A stretch of DNA of 64,000 bases from an uncultured bacterium (GTDB lineage Bacteria > SAR324 > NAC60-12), in NCBI GenBank assembly GCA_965662845.1, contig CBFIJD010000005.1, positions 32,001 through 96,000 of the forward strand, given 5' to 3'. Every line of letters starts with the position of its first letter. Positions within the stretch are counted from its first letter, which is position 1. A program made the translations under genes and the position numbers. Below, piece after piece: positions 28,370-37,768 of this stretch. The notes below the pieces were generated by a model that was given only the letters and a program-made list of their open reading frames with translations, did not search any database and was not told the DNA's origin.

Positions 28370-30148
28370 CTAGCGGAGCGGATGACCTTGTTCAGCCATG
28401 AGGTCGGGGTCGGGTAAGATGTCATTTTGTAAGAAGGATCGACGGACGATTTCTTTGAAGACGGGACCGGCGACTTTTCCTCCATAGGGGGATGTTCGTG
28501 GGTGTTCTACCACGACCAAGACCGTGAAAAGCGGTCGCGTGGCGGGGACAAATCCAGCGAAAAAGGCAATGTGTTTGCGGTTGGTGTAGCGCCCAGTTTT
28601 TTCATCAAAGACTTGAGAGGTGCCCGTCTTGCCTCCTACTTCATAACCAGGAATCGCAGCTTCGACGGCAGTTCCACCCGGGTTGGTCACGCTGACCATC
28701 ATGCGCCGAAGCAAGCGCGCCGTCTGTGGAGTGATGAGCTGTTTAGGCTCTCGGGGTCCAAATTTTTGCAGGGTGCGTCCCTCTTCGTCTTGGGCTTCCA
28801 GCAGCATGTCGCCGTCTTCGGTGTATGCATGTTCCACGATGAATGGCGGGACCCATTTTCCATCTGCGGCGAACACATTTAAGGCGCTAATCAACTGTAG
28901 GGGCGAGACTAAGATGCCGTGTCCAAATGACATCGACGCATGGTCGACGCGAGTCCAGCGTTGCAGAGGCAACACGCGACCAATTGCTTCCCCAGAGAGG
29001 CCGGATTCGGGCCGCGAACCAAAGCCAAAGCTTCGAATGTACTCATAGAACTTCTCCGGCGACATCATCGTCCCAATTTTGATCGCGCAGATGTTCGAGG
29101 ACTTCTGAATGATCTGCTCTACGTTCAAAATGTCGTGAGGGGAGGTGTCGTGAAAATCTTCTCCAGCGAAGCGATACGCCCCATTCTCGCAGAAAAATTC
29201 TTGGTCGGGAGTGATGAGTTTCTCTTCTAAAGCGGCAGCGATGGTGAGGATTTTCAGCGTGGAGCCCGGTTCATAGCCCACGGTCACGGCGCGGTTGAGA
29301 TAGCGCTCTCGTGGAAACTCTCGGAAGCGATTGGGATCAAAGGACGGATACGTCGCCATCGACAAAATGGCGCCGGTTTGTGAGTGCATCACAATCGCGA
29401 CGCCACGGTCAGCTTGGGAGGAGTTGACTCCCTTGCGCAAGGCCGCCTCGGTGAAGTGCTGCAGCGTGCTGTCAATCGTGAGTTGCAGGGAGTAGCGCCC
29501 CGCTCGCAGCGCTCCTGGCAGCGTGTGCGGAATGAAACGACGCGTGCCGTCTCGCTCGACGACGAAGACTTCGGGCTCGCCTGCCATCAAACCTTGATAT
29601 TGATATTCCAGACCTTCCAGACCTTGTGAGTCCACTCCTGTGAAGCCCAGCAGCGCTCCTGCGAGCTCGGCGTTGGGGTAATAGCGTCGATATTCTTCAA
29701 TGAAGCCCAGCCCGGGCAAATCCAGCTGTTCAATCTGCGTGGCAACTTGTGGCTGGAGCTGGCGTTTGAGCCAAACGAAGGATCGCCGTGAGCGTAGGTC
29801 TTTGAGGAGTTCAGCGCGAGAAATGCCCAGCAGCGGCGCGAGGCGGACTGCGGCGACATAAGGAGAATCGATGTCGCGAGGGCGGGCATAGAGTGAGCGG
29901 ACAGGGACTGAGACCGCGAGCTTTCGGCCTTGTCGATCTACGATGCTCCCCCGCCGAGGTTCCAGCGTGATTTTGCTTTGCTGCTGGTGTCGAGCCCGTT
30001 CAGCGAAGTAGTCGGCGCGGATGATTTGCAGATAGAACATGCGGCCCAACAGCGCGACAAGGCAAAACGCCACGAGCCCCACCACGGTCAGCACGCGCAC
30101 ATTGTAGGTGTGCAGCGAGAAGTGCGACTTAGGGTTGCGCGGCAACAT
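28370..30148 (-). CDS. ftsI: Cell division transpeptidase FtsI (PBP3)
   Basis: TM helix, RGSIVDR, RYYP, GLEGLE, EPGSTLK (SxxK), SSN and KTGT; directly downstream of ftsL. Confidence 0.92.
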   Translation of the reverse strand: MLPRNPKSHFSLHTYNVRVLTVVGLVAFCLVALLGRMFYLQIIRADYFAERARHQQQSKITLEPRRGSIVDRQGRKLAVSVPVRSLYARPRDIDSPYVAAVRLAPLLGISRAELLKDLRSRRSFVWLKRQLQPQVATQIEQLDLPGLGFIEEYRRYYPNAELAGALLGFTGVDSQGLEGLEYQYQGLMAGEPEVFVVERDGTRRFIPHTLPGALRAGRYSLQLTIDSTLQHFTEAALRKGVNSSQADRGVAIVMHSQTGAILSMATYPSFDPNRFREFPRERYLNRAVTVGYEPGSTLKILTIAAALEEKLITPDQEFFCENGAYRFAGEDFHDTSPHDILNVEQIIQKSSNICAIKIGTMMSPEKFYEYIRSFGFGSRPESGLSGEAIGRVLPLQRWTRVDHASMSFGHGILVSPLQLISALNVFAADGKWVPPFIVEHAYTEDGDMLLEAQDEEGRTLQKFGPREPKQLITPQTARLLRRMMVSVTNPGGTAVEAAIPGYEVGGKTGTSQVFDEKTGRYTNRKHIAFFAGFVPATRPLFTVLVVVEHPRTSPYGGKVAGPVFKEIVRRSFLQNDILPDPDLMAEQGHPLR

Positions 30149-30503
30149 GGGCGGCGTATTCTTCAAGTGTGTAAATTTGTGAAGGATGCGGGAGCCCCAT
30201 GAGCATCTGCTCGCGCGCAATCGTTTCGATGCGCTGCGGGCGGCTGAGGTAGTCAATTTCGACACCGAGCATTTCCAGCCGAGTGCTCATCTGCTGATGC
30301 TCTTTTTCCAAATTTTGCACGTCATAGCTGACTTGGAGATAGTTCATCCATTGCCAGAGATAGAGTAGAGAGCCGAGCGTGAGTAGAAGGGCGAGGAGCA
30401 CCATTGTGCGGAAGGACTGGAGCGTGCCGCGCAGCAGCTGCGAAGTGTCACGCCATGGGATTTGTGAGCGTAGAATTCCAGGCTTGCGAGGTATGATTCT
30501 CAT
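30129..30503 (-). CDS. ftsL: Cell division protein FtsL
   Basis: Single TM helix, coiled coil, L..P.RIE.IARE...M..P. Confidence 0.85.
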   Translation of the reverse strand: MRIIPRKPGILRSQIPWRDTSQLLRGTLQSFRTMVLLALLLTLGSLLYLWQWMNYLQVSYDVQNLEKEHQQMSTRLEMLGVEIDYLSRPQRIETIAREQMLMGLPHPSQIYTLEEYAAHVAAQP

Positions 30504-30522
30504 ATCCGATTTGATGCATCTG

Positions 30523-31008
30523 TTACGTCCATGTAGCAGACCGGTAGTCCTCTGACTTGCCTCCGGTTTTCTCTAAAAGATGCACAGATTCAATGACCAT
30601 GCCTTTGGTCACAGACTTACACATGTCATAAAGTGTGAGAGCCGCGATAGACGCTGCTGTGAGGGCTTCCATTTCCACGCCGGTCCGTCCGGTCACTCGG
30701 ACGGTTGCTGTGAAGATCGCGAGGCCGTCGCGCAATTCGGCCTCTACATCCACTCCTGAAATCGGCAAGGGGTGACACATCGGGATCAGATCAGAGGTTT
30801 TTTTCGCGCCTTGGATGCCGGCAAGAATCGCGGTTTGCAGGACGGGCCCTTTCTTGGTGTTGCCGTCTGCTTGCAGTTTGGCGAAGAGCTCGGCTCCCAA
30901 ACGAACGCTAGACTGAGCCGTCGCGGTGCGTGTCGTGATGTCTTTTTGCGAGACATCGACCATGCGGGGTTGGTCTCCTTCGCGGAGGTGGGTGAAGTCA
31001 GAACTCAT
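30523..31008 (-). CDS. moaC: Cyclic pyranopterin monophosphate synthase
   Basis: MVDVS.K, LIPMCHP, TGVEMEAL, YDMCK and KTGG motifs. Confidence 0.97.
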   Translation of the reverse strand: MSSDFTHLREGDQPRMVDVSQKDITTRTATAQSSVRLGAELFAKLQADGNTKKGPVLQTAILAGIQGAKKTSDLIPMCHPLPISGVDVEAELRDGLAIFTATVRVTGRTGVEMEALTAASIAALTLYDMCKSVTKGMVIESVHLLEKTGGKSEDYRSATWT

Positions 31009-31726
31009 GGCGTAGCTCGTCGGTGAGAGGGGTCCACTCTTGGTTCAGATAAATTTCTGTGGGTTGGTAGTCTGCTTTGTAGCTCATCTTCGGGGAGTCT
31101 GGGACCCAATAACCGAGATAGAGCCAAGGTTTCTGCAGTTGATAGGCGTATTCAATTTCATATAGCAACGAGAACACGCCCAAGCGACGTTTGTGCTCTT
31201 GGGGATGGAAGGCGAAATACACAGAGCTCAGCGCGTTTGGGAGCAGATCAATCCAACTGACGCCGACGAGTTGCTGTGCAGAGTCTCGAAAGAGAATCAT
31301 TTCACTGGGCACAGGGCTTAGCAGTAAGAACTCTTCAAATTCGTCGGGAGAGGTTGGGTTTCCGCGTTGATGCCAGCCTTGTTGATAGTCTTTGTAGAGC
31401 GCGAAGACGTCTTCGCGGAACTTTGGCTCGCAATGCTCTGCGGTCAGGTCGGTGTTGCGTCGTTGTGCGCGGCGTTGGGATTTGCTTGGGCGGAACTGGT
31501 CTGTGTTGACGCGCAAGGGGATGCAGCGGTTACAGCTCTGGCAGATGGGGTGATAGACGGACGTGCCGCTGCGACGGAAGCCACGCTCGAGCAGCCTCTC
31601 GTAAGTTTCGGCGGGGAGATGGTCTGCGTAAAAGGTGAGATTGTCCCATTCTCCGACGGGGCGATAGGGGCAGGGGCCGTTGTGCGTGTGATAGACCGGC
31701 CAAGTCACTTCAGGTTGATTGGCCAT
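30998..31726 (-). CDS. bpt: Aminoacyl-tRNA-protein transferase (Bpt/ATE family)
   Basis: CPY, GFRRSG..Y.P.C..C..C, SSVY, LG..S.L.EI and YLGYW...SPKM.YK motifs. Confidence 0.9.
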   Translation of the reverse strand: MANQPEVTWPVYHTHNGPCPYRPVGEWDNLTFYADHLPAETYERLLERGFRRSGTSVYHPICQSCNRCIPLRVNTDQFRPSKSQRRAQRRNTDLTAEHCEPKFREDVFALYKDYQQGWHQRGNPTSPDEFEEFLLLSPVPSEMILFRDSAQQLVGVSWIDLLPNALSSVYFAFHPQEHKRRLGVFSLLYEIEYAYQLQKPWLYLGYWVPDSPKMSYKADYQPTEIYLNQEWTPLTDELRHEF

Positions 31727-31733
31727 GTTGGGC

Positions 31734-32708
31734 CTACTCAGGGAGACCTGTGGCAATGACCGTTACCGAAACTTGGTCGTCTTGAGTGTCGGTGAGGTGA
31801 GCGCCCCAGATTAAGTTGACGTCTTCGTGCGCCATTTCTTCGAGCTGACTCATCGCTGCGGTGATCTCTAAGGCACCCGCATCGCGAGGTGCGACGACAT
31901 GGATGAGCACGCCCTTCGCGCCCCGGATGTCGTTGTCTTGCATCAGGGGGCTGTGGATTGCGTTGTCGATGGCGCTGGTCATGCGGTCTTTGCCTTTGGC
32001 GGTTCCGCGGCCGATGACGGCTTTGCCCATGCCTTCCATGATGGTTTGCATGTCGGCAAAATCGACGTTGATGTCTCCGACGCCGTTCAGCAAGTCGGTG
32101 ATGCCTTGAATTGCATTCACCAAGACTTCATCGACCATGTGGAAGGCGTCTTTGAAGCTGGTGGTGCGAGAGGTCGCTTCGAGGAGGCGCTCATTTGGAA
32201 TTACGAGCAGCGTGTCGGTTTGCTCTTTCAGGCGCTCCACTCCTTCGAGGGCGTCGCGCATGCGGCGTCTGCCTTCAAAAGAGAAAGGCAGCGTGACCAC
32301 TCCGACGGTGAGGATTCCCTTGGCTTTGGAGAGCCGCGCGATGACAGGCGCCGATCCGGTCCCGGTGCCTCCGCCCATGCCCGCGACGATGAAGACCATG
32401 TGAGCGCCTTCAAGCTGGGCGTTGATGTCGGGCGCGCTCTCTTCGGCAGCGTTTGCGCCGATTTCAGGGCGGGCGCCGGCGCCCAAACCTCGGGTCAACT
32501 GTTTGCCCAATTCTAGGCGGGTGTGTGCTTGGGAGTTATTGAGGGCTTTGAGGTCAGTGTTGCAGGCAATGAGTTCAACGTGTTGAACCTGCTCGACAGC
32601 CATTTTGCTGACGACGTTGCCACCGCCACCGCCGGCGCCGATGACTTTGATGGTGGGGATGAACGCATCCTGCGTGGTGGCGATGATCGCCGGACTATTT
32701 GCTTCCAT
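31734..32708 (-). CDS. ftsZ: FtsZ lacking the C-terminal linker and tail
   Basis: IKVIG.GGGG.N, GLGAG, AGMGGGTGTG, PF.FEG and INVDFAD; ends VTVIATGLPE*; RBS AAGGA before ATG 32708. Confidence 0.95.
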   Translation of the reverse strand: MEANSPAIIATTQDAFIPTIKVIGAGGGGGNVVSKMAVEQVQHVELIACNTDLKALNNSQAHTRLELGKQLTRGLGAGARPEIGANAAEESAPDINAQLEGAHMVFIVAGMGGGTGTGSAPVIARLSKAKGILTVGVVTLPFSFEGRRRMRDALEGVERLKEQTDTLLVIPNERLLEATSRTTSFKDAFHMVDEVLVNAIQGITDLLNGVGDINVDFADMQTIMEGMGKAVIGRGTAKGKDRMTSAIDNAIHSPLMQDNDIRGAKGVLIHVVAPRDAGALEITAAMSQLEEMAHEDVNLIWGAHLTDTQDDQVSVTVIATGLPE

Positions 32709-32756
32709 GTCATCCTTACGGGCCAAGGCAATTCGGAAAAGTGAGGCGATGGGCAA

Positions 32757-32771
32757 GCGAGCTTTGTGCCA
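32757..32771 (-). promoter_or_regulatory. Putative sigma54 (-24/-12) promoter for the ftsZ operon
   Basis: Minus strand TGGCACAAAGCTCGC with GG-N10-GC spacing, ~50 nt above the start; IHF-like AATCTACATTTTA at 32791-32803. Confidence 0.5.
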
Positions 32772-32978
32772 CGCAATGGTTCAATTAACAAATCTACATT
32801 TTACTTGTTTTTTCAAACCATTTTAACTTATCATTCTGCGGCATTTTTGAGAAAAATGTCAGTAAAAAGTGAGATCGTTATGGCGTTCTGGCACCATCGT
32901 TAGGGAGGGAGACCCAATGGTAGGTTTGTGTCAGACAGCGGTCTCCGCTGTACAACCTAACCTTTGTGGGGACCCCCT

Positions 32979-34661
32979 ATGACTTTTAAAGAACTGGGTC
33001 TTTCCGACCCACTGTTGCGTGCTCTGGAAGAGATCGGTTTTACCGAAGCCACTCCGATCCAAGAGCAGCTGATTCCTGTCCAATTGCAAGGCAAGGACGT
33101 GATCGGGCAAGCGCAAACAGGAACCGGAAAAACGGCCGCTTTTGGCATTCCTCTGCTTGAACAGCTCGCCCCTCGTGATCACGGTGACGGCAACCACACG
33201 GCCGACGCTCTGATTCTCACACCAACCCGCGAACTCGCCTCTCAGGTCACTGAAGAACTCCGACGCCTTGGAAAACATCGGCGCCTGTCGATTGTGCCCG
33301 TCTATGGTGGCATGTCTATGGATCAGCAGAGCCGCGCACTACGCCGCCGAACGAACATCGTGGTTGGAACTCCCGGGCGAGTCTTGGATCACGTCTCACG
33401 AGGCAATCTTGACCTAGCGAGCATTCGTCACTTTGTGTTGGATGAGGCTGACGAGATGCTCGACATGGGCTTCATCAATGACATCGAAGAGCTGATGAAG
33501 AAACTTCCGGCAGAGCGCCAAATCTTGCTTTTTTCGGCGACGATGTCTCAGGAAATTGACCGAATTTCAAAGCAATACATGAAAACACCGGTCTCTGTCT
33601 CTGTGTCGCAGAGCACGATGGTCATGCCAAAAATTTCTCAGTGGCTCTATCGCACCAAAGATTGGGAACGCTTTGAAGGCCTCTGTCGTGTGCTGACCTT
33701 ACACAACCCAGAGTTGGCCCTCATTTTCTGTCAGACCAAACGTGAGGTCGACGAGCTGCATCGCCAATTGAAAGACCGCGATTATCTCGTTGAGGCCTTG
33801 CACGGGGACTACAGCCAGCACCAGCGAGAACAGGTCATGCAGAAATTCCGCAACAAGGAGCTGGATCTGTTGATTGCAACCGACTTGGCCGCGCGGGGCA
33901 TCGACTCTAAGTTAGACATGGTGATCAACTACACAGTCCCAGAAAATCCAGAGACCTATGTTCACCGGATCGGACGAACTGGGCGCGCCGGACGAGAAGG
34001 CCTCGCTGTCACGTTTGTCTCGCAAGACGACAATCGTGCGCTGTACGCCATCGAGAAGCTCATCAAAACGCGCCTGCGTTATCAGGAATTACCAACTCGC
34101 GAAGAGCTGCGTGAACACCGCAAAAGTTATCTGCAAGAACGCATCACCTCTGGTCTAGGTGACAAAGGCTGTGCGGAATATGTGGAACTCGCGGCTCGTC
34201 TGCTCGAGAGCGCGTCGCCTGTGGAGACTCTCGCGGCAACACTGAAGGTCGCTGGTGATGCGACCTCTCCGTTGATCAGCGTGGATCGTCAGCACGAACT
34301 CAACGCTGAAAACACGGGCGCTGAACGAGGCATGGTACGGTTTTTTCTTGGTGGCGGACGAAATCTAGATTTGAAAGCCGGAGATTTGTTGAGAGCGATT
34401 ACCCAAGGAACCCGCATTCCGGGTGCCGAGGTGGGCAAGATCATGATCCAGGAAGATTTTTCCTTCTTGGAGGTTCCCGAACGATGGGCCAGCCACCTGC
34501 TTGAGACCTTGTCATCGTTCAAACTGAATGGTACAGACATCAACGTTAAGCCGGCTCGCGCTCGCGACAAGGTGACCCGCTTCCGAGACAACCGCAACCA
34601 AAACGGATCTCGATCCCGTCGGTCGCATCATTCTTCACAACGCCGTGTCTCTAACGGCTAA
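32979..34661 (+). CDS. deaD: DEAD-box RNA helicase, DeaD/CsdA-like with DbpA RNA-binding domain
   Basis: Q motif, AQTGTGKT, PTRELA, DEAD, SAT and HRIGRTGRAG; C-terminal RNA-binding domain. Confidence 0.93.
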   Translation: MTFKELGLSDPLLRALEEIGFTEATPIQEQLIPVQLQGKDVIGQAQTGTGKTAAFGIPLLEQLAPRDHGDGNHTADALILTPTRELASQVTEELRRLGKHRRLSIVPVYGGMSMDQQSRALRRRTNIVVGTPGRVLDHVSRGNLDLASIRHFVLDEADEMLDMGFINDIEELMKKLPAERQILLFSATMSQEIDRISKQYMKTPVSVSVSQSTMVMPKISQWLYRTKDWERFEGLCRVLTLHNPELALIFCQTKREVDELHRQLKDRDYLVEALHGDYSQHQREQVMQKFRNKELDLLIATDLAARGIDSKLDMVINYTVPENPETYVHRIGRTGRAGREGLAVTFVSQDDNRALYAIEKLIKTRLRYQELPTREELREHRKSYLQERITSGLGDKGCAEYVELAARLLESASPVETLAATLKVAGDATSPLISVDRQHELNAENTGAERGMVRFFLGGGRNLDLKAGDLLRAITQGTRIPGAEVGKIMIQEDFSFLEVPERWASHLLETLSSFKLNGTDINVKPARARDKVTRFRDNRNQNGSRSRRSHHSSQRRVSNG

Positions 34662-34676
34662 TCATGTGAGCAAATC

Positions 34677-34841
34677 ATGCTTTCAGAAAAAGTCTTCTAC
34701 CTGTTCCTGTTCCCTTGGATGCTCTTCATTGCCTCCATGCCCGGCTTGGTTCTAACCTTCTTGTTTAGTGGCCTAGCGGCTCAACTTCTGAACTACCTCC
34801 CCAACAGTGGCGGAAAGCAGAGCGAAGAGTCTACCCGGTAA
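34677..34841 (+). CDS. Small 54-aa membrane protein (below the ORF-track cutoff)
   Basis: MLSEKVFYLFLFPWMLFIASMPGLVLTFLFSGLAAQLLNYLPNSGGKQSEESTR*; fills the deaD-ybjN gap in the same orientation. Confidence 0.5.
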   Translation: MLSEKVFYLFLFPWMLFIASMPGLVLTFLFSGLAAQLLNYLPNSGGKQSEESTR

Positions 34842-34868
34842 CCCAAAACATTCTTCCAGAGACAGCCC

Positions 34869-35267
34869 GTGAACAAGTACAGCGCGCTCATCACTGACTT
34901 TCTGCACAACTGTGGCGACGCGGAGAAAGCCTTCGTCAGCGACACAGAGTGGTGGATCATCAATGGATCCGTCAAGGTGCAGATTTTCCTGACGTCTCTG
35001 GAAGAAGACGCCGAATTGATCGTCGCGGCAAATCTGTTCCGCTACGAACGTTCAAATCCAGACCTGAACGACTATGTTCTAAAACTGAACGGCACCTTCA
35101 AACTGAAGGGCGTCTCTTTTGGAATTCGCAACCAGCACTTAGTCCTCAGCTTTGTGCGGCCTGTGCAAGGGCTAGATCCAGAAGAACTCGAATGGATGAT
35201 CGCTTGTATCGCCATTATTGCCGATGAATATGACGATTATTTGCTGAATGAGTTCCACATTGAGTGA
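34869..35267 (+). CDS. YbjN / type III secretion chaperone-fold protein
   Basis: W....GS..V, L..LN, FG, GLD.EE...I..I...ADEYDD pattern. Confidence 0.75.
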   Translation: MNKYSALITDFLHNCGDAEKAFVSDTEWWIINGSVKVQIFLTSLEEDAELIVAANLFRYERSNPDLNDYVLKLNGTFKLKGVSFGIRNQHLVLSFVRPVQGLDPEELEWMIACIAIIADEYDDYLLNEFHIE

Positions 35268-36132
35268 CTCCAGTCGTTCTCAGGGTGGCTTCTATAAAGC
35301 TCTCTCGCTAGAAGTCACGCTCCCCCTCTTCGCTTCGCTCCTGACACTCCCCAAAATTTTGCAACAACCGACCGCAAGCGTATGGTGGCATGCCATCTAC
35401 CAACGAGTACGGTGCCGGCAATGGGAGTTCCTCTCTGCCGAGTCGGGAACAAATTGGCACATTTCCTTGCCCCCAACCCTCTCTCGTGATCGCTCTTACC
35501 TCGTCCTCGCGAATCAGCAGACGCGGTTAGATGCCCTCTTGATCCAAATGATCCTCGCAGAGAAAATCACGCCAATTGTACAACCGGTGCTCCAATCTCG
35601 GCTGCCCAATCTGTTTCAAGAGTGGTTCGCTTGGTTAGAGGAAGCCCCGATTTTACACCACATTAGCGCCGAGCGTCGCGCTAACGAAACGGACTCGCAA
35701 ACGTCGGAGTGGGCACAGCAGTCCGTGGCGTTTCGCAACATCGTAGAGCAGAAACGCTCGCTGCTCTTGCTGCCGGAGAAGGGCGCTTATCGTGACCCAA
35801 GCAAAGTCGCGCCAGGACGTTTTGCTCCATTGTTTCCCCCAAAAGCCGGAGAGCTGGTGCAAGCGACGATCTCCCAAGAAGTCCCTTGGCATGCTGTGTT
35901 AGATGTAACCTTACACCACAATTTATCGTTGCAGACCCTCTTCGATTTGCGGGAGCTCCAAAATGCCCATATTTTCATAGATGTACGCGAAGTAAATGCC
36001 CCCTCTGGAATCCAGCAAAGCTCTGCGAATGACTTGCGCAAATGGTTACAATCTCTTTGGCAAGAAAAGGCTCAGCGTTTGGAAAATCTTTTGCAGGAAC
36101 AGAAACTTACACAGAATACCAACCTCCAGTGA
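35248..36132 (+). CDS. Divergent acyltransferase-like (PlsC/YihG fold) protein
   Basis: YLVLANQQT.LD, LLLPEK, L.PPKAG, VLDVT and WLQ.LWQEK motifs resemble YihG. Confidence 0.6.
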   Translation: MSSTLSDSSRSQGGFYKALSLEVTLPLFASLLTLPKILQQPTASVWWHAIYQRVRCRQWEFLSAESGTNWHISLPPTLSRDRSYLVLANQQTRLDALLIQMILAEKITPIVQPVLQSRLPNLFQEWFAWLEEAPILHHISAERRANETDSQTSEWAQQSVAFRNIVEQKRSLLLLPEKGAYRDPSKVAPGRFAPLFPPKAGELVQATISQEVPWHAVLDVTLHHNLSLQTLFDLRELQNAHIFIDVREVNAPSGIQQSSANDLRKWLQSLWQEKAQRLENLLQEQKLTQNTNLQ

Positions 36133-36141
36133 AGGAAGCAC

Positions 36142-36585
36142 ATGCAGTGTAAGTTTTGGGGTGTAACGTTACTCTGGCTACTGCTCGCCACCAGCGCGTG
36201 GGCACAGAACATTGTAGAGCTAGGTGACGGAAAAACGCTGATTCTGAAAGAAGACGGCACTTACGAGACAGTGAAGATTGCGGCTACAGAGCAAGGCGAA
36301 AGAGTCATTTTGCGACAAGACATGACGTACGAGTTCCTGCAAAACAAAGAGCTTTACCTGAAATCAGATGGCACCTACGAATATCTAGCTGAAAAAGAGT
36401 TCATCCTGAGTGATCAGCCCGCTCGGGATAATTTGCTCGCGGAGCTGCAGCAACTGTATTGCACAAAGCGAGATGGGAACCTGACGCCGCAACAGCGCAG
36501 TCGCATGATCAAGTTGACCGTGGACATTCTAGAGAGCAACCAGCCCGCACTGCTCGCCGACCTACAATCCTCCGATTGCCAATAA
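36142..36585 (+). CDS. Secreted hypothetical protein with LK.DGTYE beta-hairpin repeats
   Basis: Signal peptide ending AWA; three repeats (LKEDGTYE, LRQDMTYE, LKSDGTYE). Confidence 0.7.
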   Translation: MQCKFWGVTLLWLLLATSAWAQNIVELGDGKTLILKEDGTYETVKIAATEQGERVILRQDMTYEFLQNKELYLKSDGTYEYLAEKEFILSDQPARDNLLAELQQLYCTKRDGNLTPQQRSRMIKLTVDILESNQPALLADLQSSDCQ

Positions 36586-36588
36586 TTC

Positions 36589-37671
36589 TTGCCACGCCTG
36601 TTTAACAGGCGCCTCCCTGAGCCACCGGTGCAGTTTCGCAATATCCTCATCACGCGCTTTAGTTCATTAGGCGATCTCGTCTTGACCACGCCAATCTATC
36701 GTGAGCTGCGCCGTGTCTTCCCCGAAGCCAACCTGACGCTCCTGACCTCCGAAGGGTTTGGGCGTGTTTTGGAAAATAATCCACACCTCGACCAAATCAT
36801 TTTTCACCCACGCAAAGAAGGGCGCGCGGCGCTACAAACGCGCATTCAACAGCTGCGAGAGCAGCGGTTTGACCTGATCTATGACGCGCATGATTCCCTT
36901 CGGAGCCGCTGGATTCGTTGGCAGCTTCAACGCCATGAACCAGCCCCCATCGTCTGGAAAATTGATAAGCGCACGTTCTCACGGCTGCTGCTGCTCCGTT
37001 TTCATTGGAACCTGCTGCGCAAGGCTCGCTCTCAGCGAGAACAGTGGCTACAGCCGCTGGTGCGCTATCATGGCAGCGATCTTGACGCGTCAACCGAACT
37101 GTTTCCCGCCCCAGGCGATGTGTCTGTGGTGCAGGACTGGATGCGGCAACAGCAACTGACGGCTGGGCGCTTTGTTTGTGTTGGAGCCGCGGCTTCTTTC
37201 CCCTTGAAGTGCTGGCCCTTAGAAAACTACGTCGCTGTCATTGAACAGCTCTTAGCGTCCGATTGGAGGATCGTCCTCGTCGGTGGCCCTCAAGAGGTTG
37301 AGACGGAAGCGCTCGCGCAGCGCTTCTCAAACGACACTCGCGTCGTGAACGCTGCCGGACAATTCTCCATCTTGCAGTCCGTCGCCTTGCTTGAGCAGGC
37401 TCGCTGTGTGCTGTGCAATGACACTTCGATTGCCCACATGGCGGAGTCTCAAAAAACACCCGCCTTGGTGATGTTTGGGCCGACCGTGCGAGAGTTTGGC
37501 TATGCACCTTATCTAGAACAAAGCCACCTCATCGAGAGTGCGCTCAAACTGCCATGTCGGCCCTGTTCGCGCACTGGTAAAGGCGTGTGCAAAATTGAGC
37601 AAAAGCAGCATTGCCTCACCTCGATCTCACCGCAAGAAGTCCTTCATGTGCTGGAACCAATGCTGAACTAG
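36589..37671 (+). CDS. GT9 family LPS heptosyltransferase
   Basis: RFSSLGD.VLTTP, K.WP, NDT...H.A and FGPT motifs. Confidence 0.92.
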   Translation: MPRLFNRRLPEPPVQFRNILITRFSSLGDLVLTTPIYRELRRVFPEANLTLLTSEGFGRVLENNPHLDQIIFHPRKEGRAALQTRIQQLREQRFDLIYDAHDSLRSRWIRWQLQRHEPAPIVWKIDKRTFSRLLLLRFHWNLLRKARSQREQWLQPLVRYHGSDLDASTELFPAPGDVSVVQDWMRQQQLTAGRFVCVGAAASFPLKCWPLENYVAVIEQLLASDWRIVLVGGPQEVETEALAQRFSNDTRVVNAAGQFSILQSVALLEQARCVLCNDTSIAHMAESQKTPALVMFGPTVREFGYAPYLEQSHLIESALKLPCRPCSRTGKGVCKIEQKQHCLTSISPQEVLHVLEPMLN

Positions 37672-37768
37672 CTCCCAACTTTCTTGTTGCAGTTGATTGC
37701 ACTTTTCGCAGTCCCTTGCTAGCTTCTTGGTCTTTCGCCCTTTGCTTGACCCTCTCTGTGAAATCACT

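Noticed and set aside
32889..32904. TGGCAC upstream of deaD (also 60672-60690 minus and 49055-49069) as sigma54 promoters
   Set aside because: Each lacks either the -12 GC or the -24 GG at the required spacing.
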